Source: an uncultured Planctomycetaceae bacterium (GTDB taxonomy: Bacteria; Planctomycetota; Planctomycetia; Isosphaerales; Isosphaeraceae). Taken from it: DNA of 64,000 bases. Made by a program: the position numbers and the translations under genes. The notes below the pieces were generated by a model. It worked only from the letters and a program-made list of their open reading frames with translations. It ran no database searches and was not told where the DNA came from. Positions 59,869 to 64,000 of the stretch are shown here, piece after piece. The DNA lies in the NCBI GenBank assembly GCA_963833985.1, contig CAWIAD010000001.1, forward strand, positions 1,408,001-1,472,000. The letters are read 5' to 3'. How positions within the stretch are numbered: position 1 is the first letter of the stretch; each line of letters opens with the position of its first letter.

Positions 59869-61034
59869 GTGTTCGGTGTTGCCTTGGCTAACCCTTCGCG
59901 CCCGTCTTGATCGTCGCGCCCGACGCCGGATGAACCTGGCCGCCCTGGAGGCGCTCGAGGGGCGGCAACTGCTGGCCTATTCCTCGCTGGGATACTCGCT
60001 GGCCGAGCTGAAGATCTCCGGCCAGGCCGCCCCGGTTGCCGCCTGGGGAAGCAGCTACCAGGTCCAGGTGACACTTCAGAACACCGGCACGAGCACCATG
60101 GTCGAGCCGCTCTCGCTGGTGCCCGCCTCCGAGGTCACCACCGGTCCCACCGGCACCATCGTGCCTCCATTCTGGGTCCCCAGCCAGGCGAGCGCGGGGG
60201 CCAGCCAGGTGCAGGTCTACCTGGCGCCGCGGCCCCGCTCCATGGCCGGAGCGATCGAGATCGGCACGGTCACGGCCCCGGCCCTGGGCCAGAACGATGT
60301 GAACCAGATCAGCGTGCCGCTCACGCTCCCCTCGCAACCCGCGGGCTTCCGCGCTTCGGGCATTTACTACATCCGCCTGGTGACGAACCAGAATCAGGCG
60401 GTCGTGGAATCGAATTATAATAATAACATGAGCGCACCTTTACCGGTGCGGTTCATCTCGCAGGCGTTGCCCGAGCTGCGAACCACCGCACTGGACTTGC
60501 CTTCCAACTTGCAGCCCGGCGACACCGTGGCCCCGACGTTCCAGATCACCAACCTGGGCACCGCGAACACGAGCACGCAGGGGCCAGTGCAGGTGGCCCT
60601 GGTGGCCTCGACGAGCCCCGATTTCAACCTCGGAAGCTCGATCGTGGGGCTTTACACCTTGCCCGCGGGCATTCCCGGCCAGTCGAGTGCGCCGGTCAAG
60701 AGCAGCGTGCGCCGGCATTCCCGGCTCTACCAGTCGAGCCTCTACAGTAACAACGTGACACCCGGCAACAACGTGGAGACCTACACCGGCGCGGCGGTGA
60801 CCCTGCCCACCAGCCCGAGCACGTACTACCTGGGCGTGGTCATCGATCCCTACAATACTCTCAACCAGCTTTCACTGCCGGCCAACCGGCTGGAGCTCGA
60901 TTCGCACGGTCAGTGCCTCAGCCTCCGGACTGCCCGCCGCCGGGGTGGTCTCCACACCGGCAAGCCCGGTTCCGCAGTTCCCCAACACGCCCGACGGAGT
61001 CCCTGTCGGCCTGGTGAACGTCGGCAACTACTGA
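59869..61034 (+). CDS. Secreted CARDB/Ig-like repeat protein with LEPR-XLL-like motif, frameshift near 60900
   Basis: LEALEGRQLL; repeated N.GT and YY...ESNYNNN motifs; a Pro-rich tail ends at TGA 61034 in another frame; start uncertain. Confidence 0.7.
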
Positions 61035-61191
61035 GCGCGGAGCAGGCGTCGCTAATGAAGTCCTCGAAGGGGCGCTCGACCAGTTATCTCGTCGCGGAAA
61101 TCGGGCCGGCCCTGGCAAGTTCGCAATCGTTCCTGACAGGCATTGAGCCGATCGATGCGATCCTGGATGACCGGGAGGCCCTCTTTCTGGA

Positions 61192-61296
61192 ACACGATTC
61201 CAATCGTGTCACTTCTTCGATCTGACGGACCAGGAATGGCACGATTGGAATCGTACCCCACAAGAGATGCCTGGCACGATTGGAATCGTATGCCAC
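61192..61296. repeat. Three REP-like palindromes (one inverted, two direct)
   Basis: TGGCACGATTGGAATCGTA..CCAC at 61237 and 61272; inverted copy at 61192-61211. Confidence 0.75.
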
Positions 61297-61536
61297 GAGG
61301 AGAGCGGCCGGGCCTGGCTCTCTGCCCCGTGCAAGCGAACGGCAATCCTGTCCAGAGACTTCCGCGGATCGGCTTGGCTGGCCATTTCCGCGATGCGGGC
61401 GTCCGGGCGATCGGGCCGTGGAAACGCCCGCGGCTCCCTTGACCGCGCACTTGGCATCTTCCTACAATCGGCCGCTTGTGGGCCAGTCGGCCCGGCTCTT
61501 CTCTTCCCGTACTCTCGCACCGAATCGATTCGCCGC

Positions 61537-62541
61537 ATGAGCCGCCGTTACGTGAACCAGCTAACCCACGGTGATTCGGTTGACGAGTCTTACCTGGTCG
61601 CCGACAAGCAGTTACGAGCCAACCGGCAGGGCAACCTTTATCTCCAGCTCGAGCTCCGCGACAAGACGGGCAGCGTGGGCGCGCGGCTCTGGAACGCCTC
61701 GGAAGAGCTGGCGCGCTCCTTCGAGCCCGGCGATTACCTGCGGGTGCGCGGCAAGACCCAGATCTTCCAGGGCTCGCTCCAGGTCATCCTCACCCATATC
61801 GACGTGCTCGACCCGACCCGCGTCGAGTCCGAGGACTTCCTCCCCCAGAGCTCTCAAAACGCGGCCAAGCTGATGGCCCGCCTGCGCGAGCTGGTGCTGA
61901 CGATGAACAAGCCGCACCTGCGCGCGCTCATCGAATGCTTCCTGATCGACGACGAATTCGTTCGCAAATTCACCGCGGCACCCGGGGGCATCAAGAACCA
62001 TCACGCCTATCAGGGCGGGCTGCTGGAGCACGTGGTCGCCCTGCTCAACATCGCCGACCGGATAATTGACCTCTATCCCGAGATCGATCGCGACCTGCTG
62101 CTCACCGGCATCTTCCTGCACGACATCGGCAAGGTGGACGAGCTCTCCTACGACCGCGCCTTCGCCTACACGGACGAGGGCCAGCTTGTGGGTCACCTGG
62201 TGATGGGCGTGGAGATGCTCCGGGAAAAGGTCAACCGCACCGAGAAGCTCACCGGCGAGCCCTTCCCGCCCGAGCTCTTGCTCCGGCTCAAGCACATGAT
62301 TGTCAGCCACCATGGCGCCTACGAGTTCGGCAGCCCCAAGCTGCCCATGACGCTCGAGGCCGTGGCGCTCCATTACCTCGACAACTTCGACGCCAAGATC
62401 CACGCGTTCAGCCGCGAGATCCGCGACGACCCCAGCCGCGACTCGAACTGGACGCCATTCCAGCAGAGCCTGGGCAGGCGGCTCTACAAGGGACTGTCAC
62501 TGGGCGCCGACTCGTCCAACGGCGACACGCTGGGGGACTGA
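61537..62541 (+). CDS. YhaM-like OB-fold/HD-domain 3'-5' exonuclease
   Basis: YLQLELRDKTG, HHAYQGGLLEH, LHDIGK, SHHG, LHYLD. Confidence 0.93.
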   Translation: MSRRYVNQLTHGDSVDESYLVADKQLRANRQGNLYLQLELRDKTGSVGARLWNASEELARSFEPGDYLRVRGKTQIFQGSLQVILTHIDVLDPTRVESEDFLPQSSQNAAKLMARLRELVLTMNKPHLRALIECFLIDDEFVRKFTAAPGGIKNHHAYQGGLLEHVVALLNIADRIIDLYPEIDRDLLLTGIFLHDIGKVDELSYDRAFAYTDEGQLVGHLVMGVEMLREKVNRTEKLTGEPFPPELLLRLKHMIVSHHGAYEFGSPKLPMTLEAVALHYLDNFDAKIHAFSREIRDDPSRDSNWTPFQQSLGRRLYKGLSLGADSSNGDTLGD

Positions 62542-62615
62542 AGGCCGCGGCAGTCCGTCCTCATGCCGTCGTCGTGGAATGACCGTGTCGCGGGCGTTGC
62601 GCGGAGGGTCACCCC

Positions 62616-63167
62616 GTGGGCAAGCCTCAACTCTCGCTGGCGAGCCTCATGGGACTGATCGCCGTGATCGCCCTGGGCATCACAGGCGTGATCTCGGCTA
62701 GCAGCTTCTGGACCTCGGCGGCCGCGACCGCCACGCTCGGCCTCCTGCTGGCCGCGGTGCTGGGCGCCTTCCTGCTGCGCGATGCGGAGCACGCGTTCTG
62801 CCTCGGGTTCGCCCTCTTCGGCGTCGTCTACCTGGTGCTGGTGGATTGGGACTGGGTCGGAGGGCCGCTGGGCCATGACCTCACGGCAGGCCTGCGCGAC
62901 GCGGCCGACCAGATTCTGCCAACGCCTGCGATTGCCAGCAGCGCGAGTGCCTCGGGCGCTCCCGTTCCGATCTCCGTCGAAAGCCTGGCCGCCAGGCAGG
63001 TCCGCGTGGGCAACTTTGTCGAGATCAGCCGGATGGCACTGGCAATCGGCTTCGCATGGATTGGCGCATTCCTGGGACGCTGGTTCGACGAGCGCCGGCG
63101 TGCCGGGGCAGCAAAGCGTGCATCGCCGGCCGCGGACGCTCGCACCGACAGGCCGTCAGCTCAGTGA
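62616..63167 (+). CDS. Hypothetical membrane protein
   Basis: PQLSLASLMGLIA start, four TM segments; RBS GGAGG. Confidence 0.75.
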   Translation: MGKPQLSLASLMGLIAVIALGITGVISASSFWTSAAATATLGLLLAAVLGAFLLRDAEHAFCLGFALFGVVYLVLVDWDWVGGPLGHDLTAGLRDAADQILPTPAIASSASASGAPVPISVESLAARQVRVGNFVEISRMALAIGFAWIGAFLGRWFDERRRAGAAKRASPAADARTDRPSAQ

Positions 63168-63564
63168 AAGACCATCCGCGGCAGGTTCTTGCACTGTTCG
63201 ATCCACCCGGCGATCTGGCTTTCCGACGGGATCTGCCGCACCAGCTTCTTCTGCTCGTTGACCTCGGCCATCTTCGCATGCAGGTTGGCGGCCACGCGCT
63301 GGGCCAGCTCGGGGACGGAGTCCACCCCGGAGGCTTCCAGCAGCTCCGAGAACTGCTGGGCCACGCCCACGATCCGGATCAGGTCGGCGTGGTTCACCCA
63401 GCGCAGGATCAGTGCTCCGGAAATGCCCGTTTTCTCGGCGAGCTGGTCGCGCCCCTGGGCGTGGCGCCCTCCTGGAGAAGCTGTTCAACGCTCTTGATGC
63501 CAGCGTCCTGTAGTTTCTGGGCGTAGACCTCGCCAACACCTTCGATGTCGATGATCTGCTTCAT
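63161..63564 (-). CDS. DUF4332 domain protein, frameshift near 63455
   Basis: IIDIEGVGEVYAQKL...; WVNHADLIRIVGV...ELLEASGVDSVPELAQR in a second frame. Confidence 0.88.
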
Positions 63565-64000
63565 GGTCAACTCCAGGGCCTGAGGGTCTTCTCGACCTCG
63601 AGAGAAGCACGGAACCGCCAGCGACCGCGGCGGTGTACCATACATACCCAGCATGCGTGCTGCGTGCAAGCCGCCGACCCCGACCGCTCCAGGCCGTGTC
63701 CGTCTCCCACGTACGCTCAGCGGTCGTGGGACTGTTCCGAACATCCGCTCCGGAAGGAGCACCGCGCCCCAGCCTCGCCCGGCTCACGGCGGGACGGCCG
63801 GAGCATCTCGCATGATTGAGCCTGCGACTACGGGACAGGCACCCCCCCTGGAGGTCGAGCGAAGTTGAACCGGACGCGCCCAGTTCAGGCATCCGGCTCT
63901 CGGACTCGACGCTCACCGCCCTGTACCTGGAGGGATCCCGACACCGCTAGTAAGTGCTTCAGGACGTGTCATGTGCGACGCCTCCCATATCAGAGAGCGT

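Noticed and set aside
61192..61296. Possible mini CRISPR array
   Set aside because: Only two direct copies with a ~10-bp gap plus one inverted copy, and no cas genes; the pattern is REP-like.

Overview
A GC-rich window from a Planctomycetota genome, probably Isosphaeraceae-like (TIGR03067 protein, LEPR-XLL-like secreted protein, BlaI/M56 pair). Positions 13.7-29.6 kb and 39.5-64 kb are mostly housekeeping genes: Hsp20 x3, cobA-hemD, GlnE-like, xylA, tal, rsmD, cca, queCD, dksA-like/lspA, glnA, a C-terminal protease and YhaM-like. They are interspersed with one ISL3 and several REP/MITE-like repeats. Two accessory regions stand out. (1) At 1-13.4 kb is a stress/signalling island with five DUF2294 (MpsC-like) genes or remnants and four copies of a ~110-nt structured leader RNA. 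The leader shows covarying stems, and its 5' GUCGG can pair with the 5' arm of its own intrinsic terminator, which is an attenuator architecture. Three copies sit back-to-back with a DUF2294 gene and lead into DUF2294/CsrA, CsbD or a hybrid kinase. This is the best candidate for an undescribed RNA-based regulatory system. (2) Downstream of tRNA-Val(CAC) is a tandem series of small integrase-less cassettes bounded by repeated tRNA 3' halves, each preceded exactly 40 bp upstream by a CGTAAGT motif. About nine genes carry small frameshifts, most likely assembly indel errors. All family assignments are by eye; no searches were run.
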